A DNA stretch of 62,795 bases, the filler included, from Choristocarpus tenellus KU-1152 (Eukaryota > Protista > Phaeophyceae): NCBI GenBank assembly GCA_964200185.2. It is 13 parts of 13 records of this genome, joined end to end, with 100 filler letters (N's around TTAATTAATTAA, not from the genome) between each part and the next. Parts side by side here need not be neighbours in the genome. Positions count along the whole stretch, not along the records: positions 25,956 to 28,719 come from CAXNAD020024947.1; positions 28,820 to 31,561 come from CAXNAD020025145.1; positions 31,662 to 34,568 come from CAXNAD020023750.1; positions 34,669 to 43,586 come from CAXNAD020004200.1; 9 more parts are not named here. One strand, given 5' to 3'. Under the pieces are notes generated by a model that did not search any database, was not told the origin of the DNA, and worked only from the letters and a program-made list of their open reading frames with translations. Of the stretch, positions 27,141 to 39,200 are shown one piece after another (position 1 is the first letter of the stretch; every line of letters begins with the position of its first letter). A program made the position numbers and the translations under genes.

Positions 27141-27398
27141 GAGTGAAAGAATCTTAGAGGGTATGAGTCTTGCCCTGTTTGTCCATTTGGGGCTTGACTT
27201 CCCATGGGTTTTTTCATGACATTTTCCTCTCCAAAACGTTTAGGAGTAGGTATAATGTATACGTTATGAAAAGGTGTGTCCAAAACATAGATATTGACAC
27301 TTCCTAACAAACACGGTGGCCAAAATTACATCAAAATCGCAACGTTGGATTTTGGCCCCCAAATGGACGCGGCTCTGCCCTCTAAGATAGTTTGTCTC
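27141..27398. mobile_element. MITE family B, complete copy
   Basis: GAGTGAAAG...AGATAGTTTGTCTC, 4-bp TSD ACAT. Confidence 0.9.
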
Positions 27399-28655
27399 AC
27401 ATACTGAGGGTGACAGTCTTAGTTGTTTGTGATATTGGCGCAGGGGTGGGTCACTTTTGAGTCCATTCCACACTTTTTCTGCTATACAGACGATTTTGGC
27501 GGAGTGGATTGGGTGGGTCAGTAGGGCTATGGTTGTAAGCATTGTCTCCTGTGCAAATCACGGAAGGGGTCGAAGCATGAACCACAACAGTAGTGGCCTC
27601 TATTCCCCCCTCAAGTTGCCCTATGGTCTGAGATACAGTCACGCCGTTGATTTTGTCCAACCTTAACATAGTCGAAGGTCACCGAATCTTGAGAATCACT
27701 ACTCCACCACTTTCGATTTCCCTCACAGCATACTCACTGTCTGTGGCTCGTGATTCCAGACAAGCTGGGAGAGACCAGAGCTACAAGCATCACCATGGAA
27801 AACATGGAATGGTATCAAGGTTTGAGGATCCAGAGACTTGATACCCACGGACTGCAAATGGAAAAAGCTGATTGGGGTTGGTTCTATGGGAGTGCTTAGT
27901 GTCTCGGGAAGTTGGCAACTGCAGCAGACACAATCTTCGGAAATTCAGGAGACTCTGGAGTCAGCAACCTTCACCTACTTGTGGCAGTGTTGGGTAGGGA
28001 GGATGCAGTGCAGGAGCCGATGTGGGATGCTACAGAGCTTGTTGGAGACGCAGCGTCTCAAGTACCAAAAAGGCGAGGAATGGGGAAACCAAACGTGGTG
28101 TGTCGAGGGAGAGAGGAGGCCAATGCATCAAGTAGGGCTACTATATGTTCTCCCTTAGATCTCTGGGGCCGACTGACGTGTTGAGAGAAATGGCCAATAC
28201 AAAGATAACTACTGGTTCAAGGGATGGGTCGGCACTTTGTGATAGTTGCACTCATATGATGAGGGTATTCAAGACTAGAAAACCAGAGTACTTGATAGGG
28301 TTGATAGGGTTGAGGGTGGGGTCGGTTGTGCAAGGGGTTTGTTGGAGGTGTTTCGACTTCTTTCTTCTCTCTGTGCTGGTGACGAATGTGTCATGAGTGT
28401 AGGGTCTTGGTGTTTGCGTTGCCGAGTAGCGGATGAAGTTCATCAGTGTCAGTATCAGTGTAAATTGTAGTTAATCAAATTTGGAGACGTTATGAAGTAC
28501 AAGGTATGCCAGGTAGTAGCGAAGGATTTCTGCCAGGTTGGAGAATTGGATTTTTGTAGCACCTTCCCTTGTCTCTCTGATTATGTTTTGGCTTTGGTCA
28601 GACACACAGTTCGTTGGGAATTGATGCATTGAGATGTTAAAAAACAACAACTCCA

Positions 28656-28719
28656 GAATGAAAGTATCTTGGAGGGTATGAATTTTGCCCATGGATATTT
28701 TTATGACATTTTCCTACTC
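28656..28719. mobile_element. MITE family B, left-end fragment at a contig edge
   Basis: GAATGAAAGTATCTTGGAGGGTATG...TTATGACATTTTCCTACTC. Confidence 0.75.
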
Positions 28720-30829
28720 NNNNNNNNNNNNNNNNNNNNNNNNNNNNNNNNNNNNNNNNNNNNTTAATTAATTAANNNNNNNNNNNNNNNNNNNNNNNNN
28801 NNNNNNNNNNNNNNNNNNNACCCTGGACACAAGACCCAACAGTGACCCAACAGTCCCATTCCATGTTCACTCCCACCAATCCTAACCTCATCCATCTCTC
28901 ACCTCCCTCTTGAAGAGGTTGAGGATCACCGTCACCCCCTGGGCATCAGGCTCCTCATCCTCTTCCACCTCAAGGTTCCCAGGCTTGCTGTGACCATTCA
29001 CAGAGGGCATCGCCATGAGCTCATCCAAGGTTGGCGATATTCCATGCCTCCTGTTCCAGGCTACATATTCATTCAGACTGTCCCGCTGACGATCTAACCC
29101 CTGTACCAAAGAGGGTGAAGGTTAGGACCGGAAGTCACCGAAGATATTGCACTGGTACCAAGTCATTGGGGGTGCCAGTTCGGTTCAGGTTGAAGTTCTC
29201 TTTTCACACCCCGGTACAAACACCTTGCAGTTTAGTCCGGTTCCTGGAAAAAGCCCGAGTAACACACTGGTACAAAGTACTTCCAGTACAAAGTACTTCC
29301 AGTACAACTGTACTATTCCGAATACAGCTCTCCGTATAATACACTGTTAAAGGGTCCCTTCACCTAAATAGTGCGGTTCCTGGTACAGCTCTCAGTAGCA
29401 CACACTAGTCCAAAGTTCTCGTCGTCAAGTACAGTCTCTGGTCTAGATCTAACTAACAACACACAGGCAAGAACAAAATTAATGTGGTGGAACTAAATTT
29501 CTTGGACCATAAAGCTCTCAGTACAGGTCCTGCCACAACACAGTGGTGCACTTCTCATCTGGTTTCCAATTGCTTTGGACCATTGAGTAGAACTAACAGT
29601 ACCAAGTATGTACCACGAGTACTGACCCTGTTAGGTACAGACTTGCGACAATTATCAAGAACCAGTAAATACAGACCAAATTGTGACAATCTACACCAAG
29701 ACTAGCACGCAACTAACTCATGATATGTCACCACCTTCAGTCAATATCCCAACATGCAAAACCTCCCCTACAATAAATAATGGCAATAATCATATCATCT
29801 CAACCTTGCCATTGCTACATCAAAACCCACTGAGGATAGAGAGATCACAGGTCGTAAGCCCTAACCCTATCAACAAGCGATAATTTTGTTCCTTCATCGG
29901 GACCCGTGCAATTGCACTATATTTCTGTCTGCAATGAAAAATAATAAAAATAAATAAATAATAAATAATAATAATAATAATACAGGTGATGGATCTATCT
30001 ATACCAAAAGACATAACAAATGACTACAGAGGAGGGATCCGGATCAGCAGGTTAATCACTGCCTTAAGAGATGTCATCAAATGTGGACAAGGATGGGAGG
30101 GGGCATAGGTTACAGGTACAGGAGGACATGGACTGAAGCTCACAGCATGATGGTACGCAGTAAACAACATTCCAGGGAAGGAGAGCGGCAACATCTATAC
30201 AAGTCCACACCGTAACAACGTGCAACAACAGAAAAGCCTTCTACTTTTCACACCCTGTTCAGATTTTGTTTTTTCTCAACCTGGCAAGTTACGCCCCGTT
30301 TCTAGTTTTTCTTTTTTTGTACAGGGTTAGGGTTAGGGTATCCACTGCCAGACACAGCGACAGGTGCTGATGTTCTCGGGTTTGTATGCACTAATATCGG
30401 TAACTACAACCAACACACACAAAACAAACACGCCTTCGCAAGGCAAGGCACGATGGCAGTTGCAACAACTATTCTAAGATCTGTATCCACCAACCATGAC
30501 ACAAAACACGCCTTCACGAGTTTTAAAAATCCTTTTAATTTTGTATCCGTGCTTGTTTCTGCTATTAAGAGATGAGCCCTCATTACATATACATACATTT
30601 ATAGAGAGAGATTCATAGATTTGAAAAAATTGAGGGTGAATTGGTCATCTTGTGAACTAAGCATGAACAAGGGATGTGCATCTCCCCCTCAAGTGTCAGC
30701 AAACACAACACAAGACCTTCGGAGTGCGCCCACAACCACTAGTGTACATCACATCAAGAGCCAACACTAACACTAACACTAACATTAACCCTAACCCTAA
30801 CAAACAAAACATTATTGCACATTCCATAC

Positions 30830-30904
30830 CTTCGAGTTTTTCTTAGACAATTTCTTGTCCATGATCTTCTGGCTCTCCGCCATGACCTTCTCAGCACTTT
30901 TGTC
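30830..30904 (-). CDS. Isolated 75-nt internal exon (DKSAEKVMAESQKIMDKKLSKKNSK)
   Basis: GTGTAG acceptor, AAG|GTATGG donor, 25 open codons in an AT-rich, intron-like context. Confidence 0.5.
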
Positions 30905-31863
30905 CTACACACATCACAAAAAACATAAACACATATATATATATATATACATATTTGAATGTGACCACATGAAAAATAAAAAAGGTCAAAGGAGATGGAA
31001 TACTTTTTTCTTTCAATCAGAAAAAAATATACATATTTTTGACAATTACGTATCTTACACATGATAACCAGGGTATTGCTTTCAATTTATAATTCATCAC
31101 TACCATACCTATTTAGGATTTTTTTTTAAGGAATGTTCGGAAATTGAAATTGCATTTTTTTTTGTACAGTAGAGGTAGAGTCGAATAATAGATAAATTTC
31201 TTCAAGTATGGTCTTTCCCTTGATCAGCAATGTATGTCCCTCGTTAAAGAAAATAGATCTACCATTCTCGAAACACTAGTGATTTTTTCAAGTTTTCAAC
31301 TGGTTAAGTCTTTACACCTGAAAATAAACTTTTTTATATTCAAATTGAAAAAAAGAATAGTCAAATAAAAAATTTAAACACCAACACAGAGAGAGTAATT
31401 GAAAAAAAACGTAATGGGATGGGTCGACATTAGGGCAGAGTCATATACCATTTATAGTACCAAGTACAAGAGAACACAGAGATACAGTTCAATATGGAGA
31501 GAATAAAAGAAGTTGAGAATAACAAGGGTAGCTCAAAGGGGCTCAAAGTATCTGGGGGGGGNNNNNNNNNNNNNNNNNNNNNNNNNNNNNNNNNNNNNNN
31601 NNNNNTTAATTAATTAANNNNNNNNNNNNNNNNNNNNNNNNNNNNNNNNNNNNNNNNNNNNGTTCCTGTGTGTGATGTGGATCAACTGAATATCAACTGA
31701 TGCTATACTTCTATCTACTGTCATCGATGTGATGATGAGTTCGAATGCGCAATAAATAATGAACACTAACAACCAGTGCAGTACACCAATCAACAGTCAG
31801 TACTACAAGCTGGTAGATGTGTATCATACCAACAAGAAACAAATGAGTAGCCTATGTTTTAAC

Positions 31864-31926
31864 AGGAGCCAAAGCTCAAACGGACAAACAGGGCCAAATT
31901 CGTACCCTCTAAGATATTTTCACTCC
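31864..31926. mobile_element. MITE family B fragment, reverse orientation
   Basis: CAAACGGACAAACAGGGC...GTACCCTCTAAGATATTTTCACTC. Confidence 0.75.
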
Positions 31927-33431
31927 GAAATAATGTGTGCAGTGGTGTTGCTTGTAGTAACAGTAGCAGTACTGAACTGCGTTAATAATGCTGAAGAGAT
32001 ATAGGTCAAAGTACGAGATGTTGACTGTTTCATAGTAACAAAACAGCAGACACTCATCACGCAGCAACAAGAAAAACAAGGCTTTATATTTTTCGCCTAC
32101 ATCCATCTACTACACCTATATATGCCACCAAAATGCCAAGGGCTTTTGTGCAGGTATAACAACCATTTAACACATCTCACAGGATGGAGAAGGAAATGAT
32201 TGAAACCAAAGGACTTCTCTTTTTTATCCAACTATACCATTTATGACAAAGGGAAGTGGGGTGGGGGGTGAGGCGGGAGTTTGTCTTGTTGTGGTAGGTG
32301 GTTATCCTGATATCTGAACTGCAAATGGACTGTCAACAACGATAAGAAAAATAAGAAAGACGAAGACATCATCACTTGGTCGTCCCTAGCATGATGCCTG
32401 ACCTATACAGTGCCCTATAGTAGAGAGTCAAAGCAAATGAAAGGTAGCCAAAGTTGCATTTTATGGATGAAATATATTCTACAAAATTCGTCTTTTTTTT
32501 CAAATGCGTATAGGGTATTTTCTGAATGGTGTCGAAACGTTTCAACCAATGGAGGAAATCAATACCCTCAAGTCGAACTTAGAACTTCATCCCTAGAAAT
32601 ATGGGTGAAATCCCCCAAAATGAAAAGTGGCTTACGCAGAACAACCTGGTAACTCTCGTTTACTTTGACTCAGAACAACAATAAATCAAGCGAAACAGAA
32701 ACAATAGTAGGAATAGTATCAGTAGTATCAGTAGTATCAGTGGTGCGAGCAAAGCTAACCTGTGCATCAATATGCTCAGGAGGTCAACATGAAGGTTAGT
32801 TCCACAACAAGACCTGGAAATGTGATTGAATTCGCGAAAAAAAAAAATAATAATAAAAAGTGTGCAGGATGCTACCATAAGGACCTTCACTACTGACAAC
32901 GAGCAAGAACTGGAGGTCAAGCCAAAATTTCTTTGTATATCTCTTTGGTGGCAAACAACAGTCCGCACTAATTTCCCTCCTCAACTTTAATTTTGTCAAA
33001 TGCTTCGGAAAAATTATGGATGTGGCTCTCACATGTCTGAACACTGAATGCACACCCTTTCAACATAGACATCCAAAGCTGGTTTCCGTCGTCAAGGTGT
33101 ACATATTTCTACCACAGAAATTTTCACTCCTTCAATGCCAGTCGTACCTACACAGACGGACTATCACGCAATGCACGTAATTTTACATGTCCTACTTAGC
33201 CCGCTATTATGGCGTCGTGATCGGTCTCCATCTCTTGCATACACAAACCACGACGCAAATTAAATCAATCTCACACAGCATACACGTTCAACTCTCGTAT
33301 CTCCCTTTCAGGAAGCGGGGATTAGGGAGACCAACAAATAGCAGTACTAATCGATCTTGAAGAAATCCAAGACCGACCAAATCCTTCAGCTATTCTGCTC
33401 CATCATGCATGTCGACCAAGATGGACAGGAC

Positions 33432-33880
33432 TGTTACAGGCGAATAGCGTGAGTATTTCTTCCCGCGCTTTAACCGGCGCGAGCGGTGTACGCGCTTGGG
33501 GAACCCCGAAAGGGGGAACTCCGATTTACCAAAAAGTTGCAGAATAAAATCTGTAACTCCAGAAAGTCGCAAAGGGTCCAGATGGAAAGGTCGCAAAGGT
33601 TCTCAGATATATTACAATATCTGTAAACCAGAAGAAGCCCCAACGGTAATGATAATAAGAGATCCTAAAAACGGCTCCAAACGGCTCAGTTCTTCTGACC
33701 TTGAGGACCCACCTATTCAGTTCTTGTTCTCTCTTAACTGATATCGATATACACTCTTCCTTGTGCTACTTGATTCACCTGAGCGTACTCCTGTTCTGCT
33801 GAGCTGACGTGCGTTAATCTGTGAATTGGATTTGAGTTGTACATCCTGTGAAGGTGAGTTCTGAAGGGGCACCTGCAACA
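33432..33880. mobile_element. Solo LTR
   Basis: TGTTACA...TGCAACA termini, exact 4-bp TSD GGAC, homologous to 16215-16785. Confidence 0.88.
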
Positions 33881-36245
33881 GGACGACAGAGAAGAAGATA
33901 GGACACTTGGAACGACCTTATACTTGGTTCTTAGACGACGACAAGAAGTTTGCACCGTTGGCGAACGTGCTGCGGGAGGTACTATCTCAGGAGAAAAATT
34001 AATCTGCATCTAATGTCCAGGTCGAGACCTTCCTCGAATTGATCCAAAACGATCATTAAACGGAGCACACTCGTCAGGTGTATAACTTGATCCTCGTGGG
34101 CATTGCTCCTGATGTCAAACTAGTGCAGGACAGGATTACGTGGACGTACCAATCCAGTCTGTCCGACACGGCCAAGAAATACAACATCAAGATCGAGACG
34201 CTCAGATCTTCGGCAATGAAACGCACATAATTCATCCGTGATAGGGAGTATCTCTGTGCTGTGCATGTATAGGGTATTGAACAATCGTCCGACTATAAAA
34301 TGGAACCCGAGGGACCATTTCAGCTATGGACGGTTGTTCAGCGCTGGCGACGAGGTAGTGTTGGTCAGAGAGAACTTCGAGGTCTTGAGTACCAACTTTA
34401 TTGACAGAGTATCAACAGTTAATCCATCGCTTGTGGAGAGGGTGAGATGTTAAAGTATCCCCAAAATCATTAAAGAGGATTAAGGTGATAAACCCAGCAA
34501 GATTGCTTGGTGTCTATAGAGTGATTGATTAAAGTTAGGCGGGGCATGCAATGCCCCACAAATCAGAANNNNNNNNNNNNNNNNNNNNNNNNNNNNNNNN
34601 NNNNNNNNNNNNTTAATTAATTAANNNNNNNNNNNNNNNNNNNNNNNNNNNNNNNNNNNNNNNNNNNNCCAAACCCCTAACAATGTTCCCTCCCGTTGGT
34701 TTTTCCCCCCCCCCCCCCCAGATACTTTGAGTCACATCACATTGTAAAGATGTTCTCTTCTGCAACTCGTGCTTGTTCACCTTTCTCGTTTATTATTGGC
34801 CTTGGTTTCATTGTACCAATGGTTGGGAGATGTGGAGGACAATGTCACTTCCTCCTCACAATCGAAGTATTTTAGCTATCTTGACTGATGTATTTACCAG
34901 GTTGAAGAATAGTCAGTAGACAATAACTGGATGAACATACTGTTAGAGTCATAAATCTGCACACCTGTAACTCAAGGGTTCCTCCCATGTGAGGGTTTAG
35001 TTGATCATCTGCATAGAGTTGCTAGTCCATCTGAACCTGTTCCTCTCTCTCTCAGTTGGCATTTATGCTCCAGGGTGAGGAGGGGGCGACAGGAAAACAT
35101 AGACTTGATTGAGTGTGGTTTTGTGTATATAGCTAACATACCTTGAATAAGATCAGAAGATTACTTGCTCTTGAGCTTGTGTTGCTAACGACACCATGGT
35201 TTTTTTTAGCAGTGCAAGTAATGCTGATGTTGGAAGGGAGTTAGGTGTGTTCTTGTTTTTTCTTCTTATGATGTAGCATTAATAGAAGTACATCTCTAAT
35301 CAACTGTGACCCACCAAACAGTATTGGCACATGTATCCCACTACTGCGGCTGCTGCTCTTCACCACCTTACGAGTTTTATTAGTAGTGGTTTCCGTCACT
35401 TTGCCCATTTATGTGTATACACTACTGCCTCGAAGTAGTTGTGTTGGAGTTCTGTCTCACAAGAAGACTTGGGGCACAGAGTCTTTGCCTCAAGTTTTGT
35501 GCCACTCCATTGCGTGCTCATGGGAAAAGGTGGAGGTACAACAGGTTACTCAACTCCGTACTCTGGTTGCAGGAACGACGCTCACATTGTGGAAACACAT
35601 CATCAAAGCGAAGCCTGGGTAGGGATTCTACTGTGCATACCAGTCCCTACAAATGACTCAAGTAGCCTTTGATTCGGAAATTGGAAAAGTGTTTGTATCT
35701 TGAAGAACTCCAAAGTCATTGGGGGACAACAGCTACCCACTTCACTCCCTTTCAACAACAACAGCACATCTATGCAGTAGCACGTATGTATTCTCCTCTT
35801 AACTTAAACCTGGACTACTCTTACCTATTTTGTATCTGCCTTCCTCATCCTCCAACAGCCCTTCACATCTCTATGTTTTCTTGTGAAACCACCCAACAAA
35901 AGAGGAGGAATAAATTTTATGACCTCCCCAGTGTATATATACTCCACCGCCTGCTGTTATTGACTCTAGTGGTGATAAAACAATGCCTCTTCATATGCAG
36001 TTCCCCAGCCCCCACAACAACTGCCCATCTCCATCAGCCCCTGGTCTGAGACCAAACCCCATAGAAACAGGTTGTTGTTCTGGCTTGTCACCAGTTATCT
36101 AGTGATGCCCCAAGGCCGGGATGGAAAGAGGGTGAAGAGACCGAGGAAGAAGCATCTACAGACAGGCGTTGGTGTGCAATGGTGCATCATTCAACTTGCC
36201 AACTTAGTGGGTAAGAAGATTGGCAAAGGGCCAGCAGTTTCTCAG

Positions 36246-39200
36246 TTAGTCGAAGTAGGACTCAAGGGTGCCTGTACGACGGATGTCACATGTTGCACAG
36301 TGGAAGGAGCCCCCAAAAGGCAGGAAGTGACGGAAGGGGACCTGCAATCGATAAGAGAGGCCAATTATTAAGGGGTGTTGAGGTAGATTGGATCAAACAC
36401 ACACACACACACATATGTATACATTTAGGCTGAGGCAGTGAAGCACAGGGCAGCAGTGCCTGGACAACAGGCACCTACAGCACAACTTGAGCTGACCTTG
36501 ATGGGTTGAAAACCCCAGCTCTCAAAGGCTTTTATTGTGGGCTCCTCTGATGCCTCCACGACCACCCTCTTTTCATCAAGAAGAAGTACATTGCATGACG
36601 CCGTCCAAGGGCTAGTGAAGTAGAGAGGATGTGAGGCAGGAAGCACAGGTGCTTCAGCGACAAACACATCCCACCCCTTGAACATGTCCGGCAGATGATA
36701 TTCCTGTAGCAGTAGAAAGTAAAGGGTAGGGGTACAGGGTAATGGGTGGTCGGAAGGTATGAAAAGCTTACTTGAGGATGGTAGGGAAACGCAATGAACA
36801 GGCTACTCTGCAATTGGACCTTGTCTGAGGTACAAAAAGGACGTGAGAAGTGGGTGTGGGAATCACTCAATCAGATATCTTTCTAAAGCAATGTTAAGCA
36901 ATGCCAATCTATTGCCTGCACTAAAGTTGATGCACATTTCGAATAACAGCGGATGGTCTCGGCAGCCTGTAAAGAGTTAGAGCAGCAGCACAAGCTTAGA
37001 AAGTAAAAGATGGACGGGCATAACCGAATCTCTTCCATCCATCACCCATGTCTGCCCCTGGTAATTGTAGAAGGACTTGAGATTTCCTGTTATGCATGGT
37101 CGCTTAGGGTTGACGAGTATCTTCCCCGGTCCTAGTGGAACAAAGGTGCCATCAATATGCATTGCGTTTTTGTCCTGTGGATGTGAAGGAGAAATGGTGG
37201 CATGGTAAGGGAGAGAGGACGTCAGGGGAAGGGAGGAAGGGCAGTGAAGCACAGGGTTGTATCGAAATGGAACTGACAATGGGGTGTTGGGCAGAGCCTT
37301 TGGCCTTGGAACATAGGGTCTCTTCTTATCATATGTCTTTCTTCTCCTCATCGTTATAGAAGAGAAAAAAAAACTGACTGTTTTTGATGTACACTGTTTC
37401 ACACCCATGGGCAATATCATTTGCCCAGAAAAATAGGCGCTTGAATGTTCCCCCTCCGAACAGGCTAGTCTCACTTGAGGTTAGTGCAGGTCACAAAAAT
37501 GTCTCTGTATGTGTAAGAAACCTAGGGGGAATGCCTGATTCGGTTGCCTTCCTCTCAAATGTACAATATTTTAGCCCTCATCCAGTAGATACAAGTGGAG
37601 GTAGGAGTGGTCATGGAGGACAAGCCTCTATCAATAAAGAGCTCCATTCTAACAAACATGTTCGGCATCTTCAACCACACCCCATCTTTGTTTCCCTAAA
37701 ATAAAAGCCCCTGAATGCCATTGGGCAGAGGAATCCAGGAGGAACAAATGTGGACTAATGTGTAACCGCCACACATCTTAAAATTCTTGAGTCGGATCGC
37801 ATCCACTTGGGAAGTATATTGTACTAGAGTTGTGGAACAATTCAAATTGCTTAAAATTAATTGAAGTCACAATAATTATGATAGTACTCCAAACAACTAG
37901 TACAGTCTGAATGTTCTGAATCAAATTAATTTATGAGTCTCTAAATATGCTGGCTCGAAAAAATATTTGGTTCATTCACTGAATCGAAGCATGGGCACAT
38001 CGTACCTTACGAGATATGCCAAGTGCTACAAGGCAAAACGATCCCCCTACTGACAAGGAGCCCTGCCACAGGTGCGAAAATTCCGAAATGTGCCCGTTTG
38101 CCTGTTGTTTCACTTCTACAAGACACACCATTTTTTCTTATCTGACACTGATTGTTAATTTACATTTTGCTCAAAAGAGGACCAAGAGTTCCTGTGTAGA
38201 GACTTGTGAAAAAAAAATTGCTACTACGTAGTGATTTTGTTCCAACAAAGTAGTTTATTGTAAGCCTAATGACTCTCCCAGCATCGAAGCATATATTTAT
38301 TTCTTATTGCGCAGATCGAGCATGTTACCAAGTCGAGTTCTCCGCCCATTGTGTGTATCTGGAAGGTGCACCAAAGGAGAGCCTTCGATCCAATAGGACT
38401 GACATCATTGTTGGCAAGTATTTGACACTTTGACACTTCGTTGTTGATCCTCTTTCTTCTGCTGGATCGTGAGCTGAACCTCAGGCTCTGATTATTTTTC
38501 CTCCTTTCCCTCCCTCCATTATTATCTTCCGTCTTGTCATACTTACTCCCCATGTAGGAGATCATACAAGTCAGGTGGATCCCCAAGGTTTCTGCAGGCT
38601 CCAGGCACACTCGCTGTGGCCATGGAAGAGCTACTAAGAACGCAGTTAGGGGCTTATGTGTGTTGCTGCTGTTGTTGCTCTCAAGGTAGAATGTAGACAA
38701 AGCAAGCAACTGATAGAACGTTTTTATTGCAATTGTTTACTGTTTTTCACATCAATGAATTGCTACCAGTCACGACGGTAGTCCAGACCTTGGTAAGAAG
38801 GTAAACCATATCATGACCTCCAATTTGTCAGAGGCCTTTGAAAATGTTCCAGGGCAGTTGTTGCAGATTCGCCCTGAAGAGAGGAACTACATTGCCCCCT
38901 GTCGACCGTCGTATATGCTATGGAACCACACTCAGAGTTAAGACGTTACTGTTTCCAACTTTCAGATATCAATGTGCAAAGGAACAAGGGCTGCTTTGAA
39001 CTGTAAGTGCAGCAAGCAAAATATGTTGTTGCTCCCAATATGACCCGATACTGTTCCAAAACTGACCGCAACTTGGCAGCCCAACAAACACTGTATCAGT
39101 ATGCAGGCTTCTGCTCGTCCTGCAATGTAGTATTGCTCAAGTCTTAGACAACTTGATGCTGTCTGCATCCCATAACCACCACCGTAGCTTAAGGCATTGG

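Noticed and set aside
26600-28450. Decayed retroelement coding region
   Set aside because: No diagnostic motif was recovered in the frames I read.
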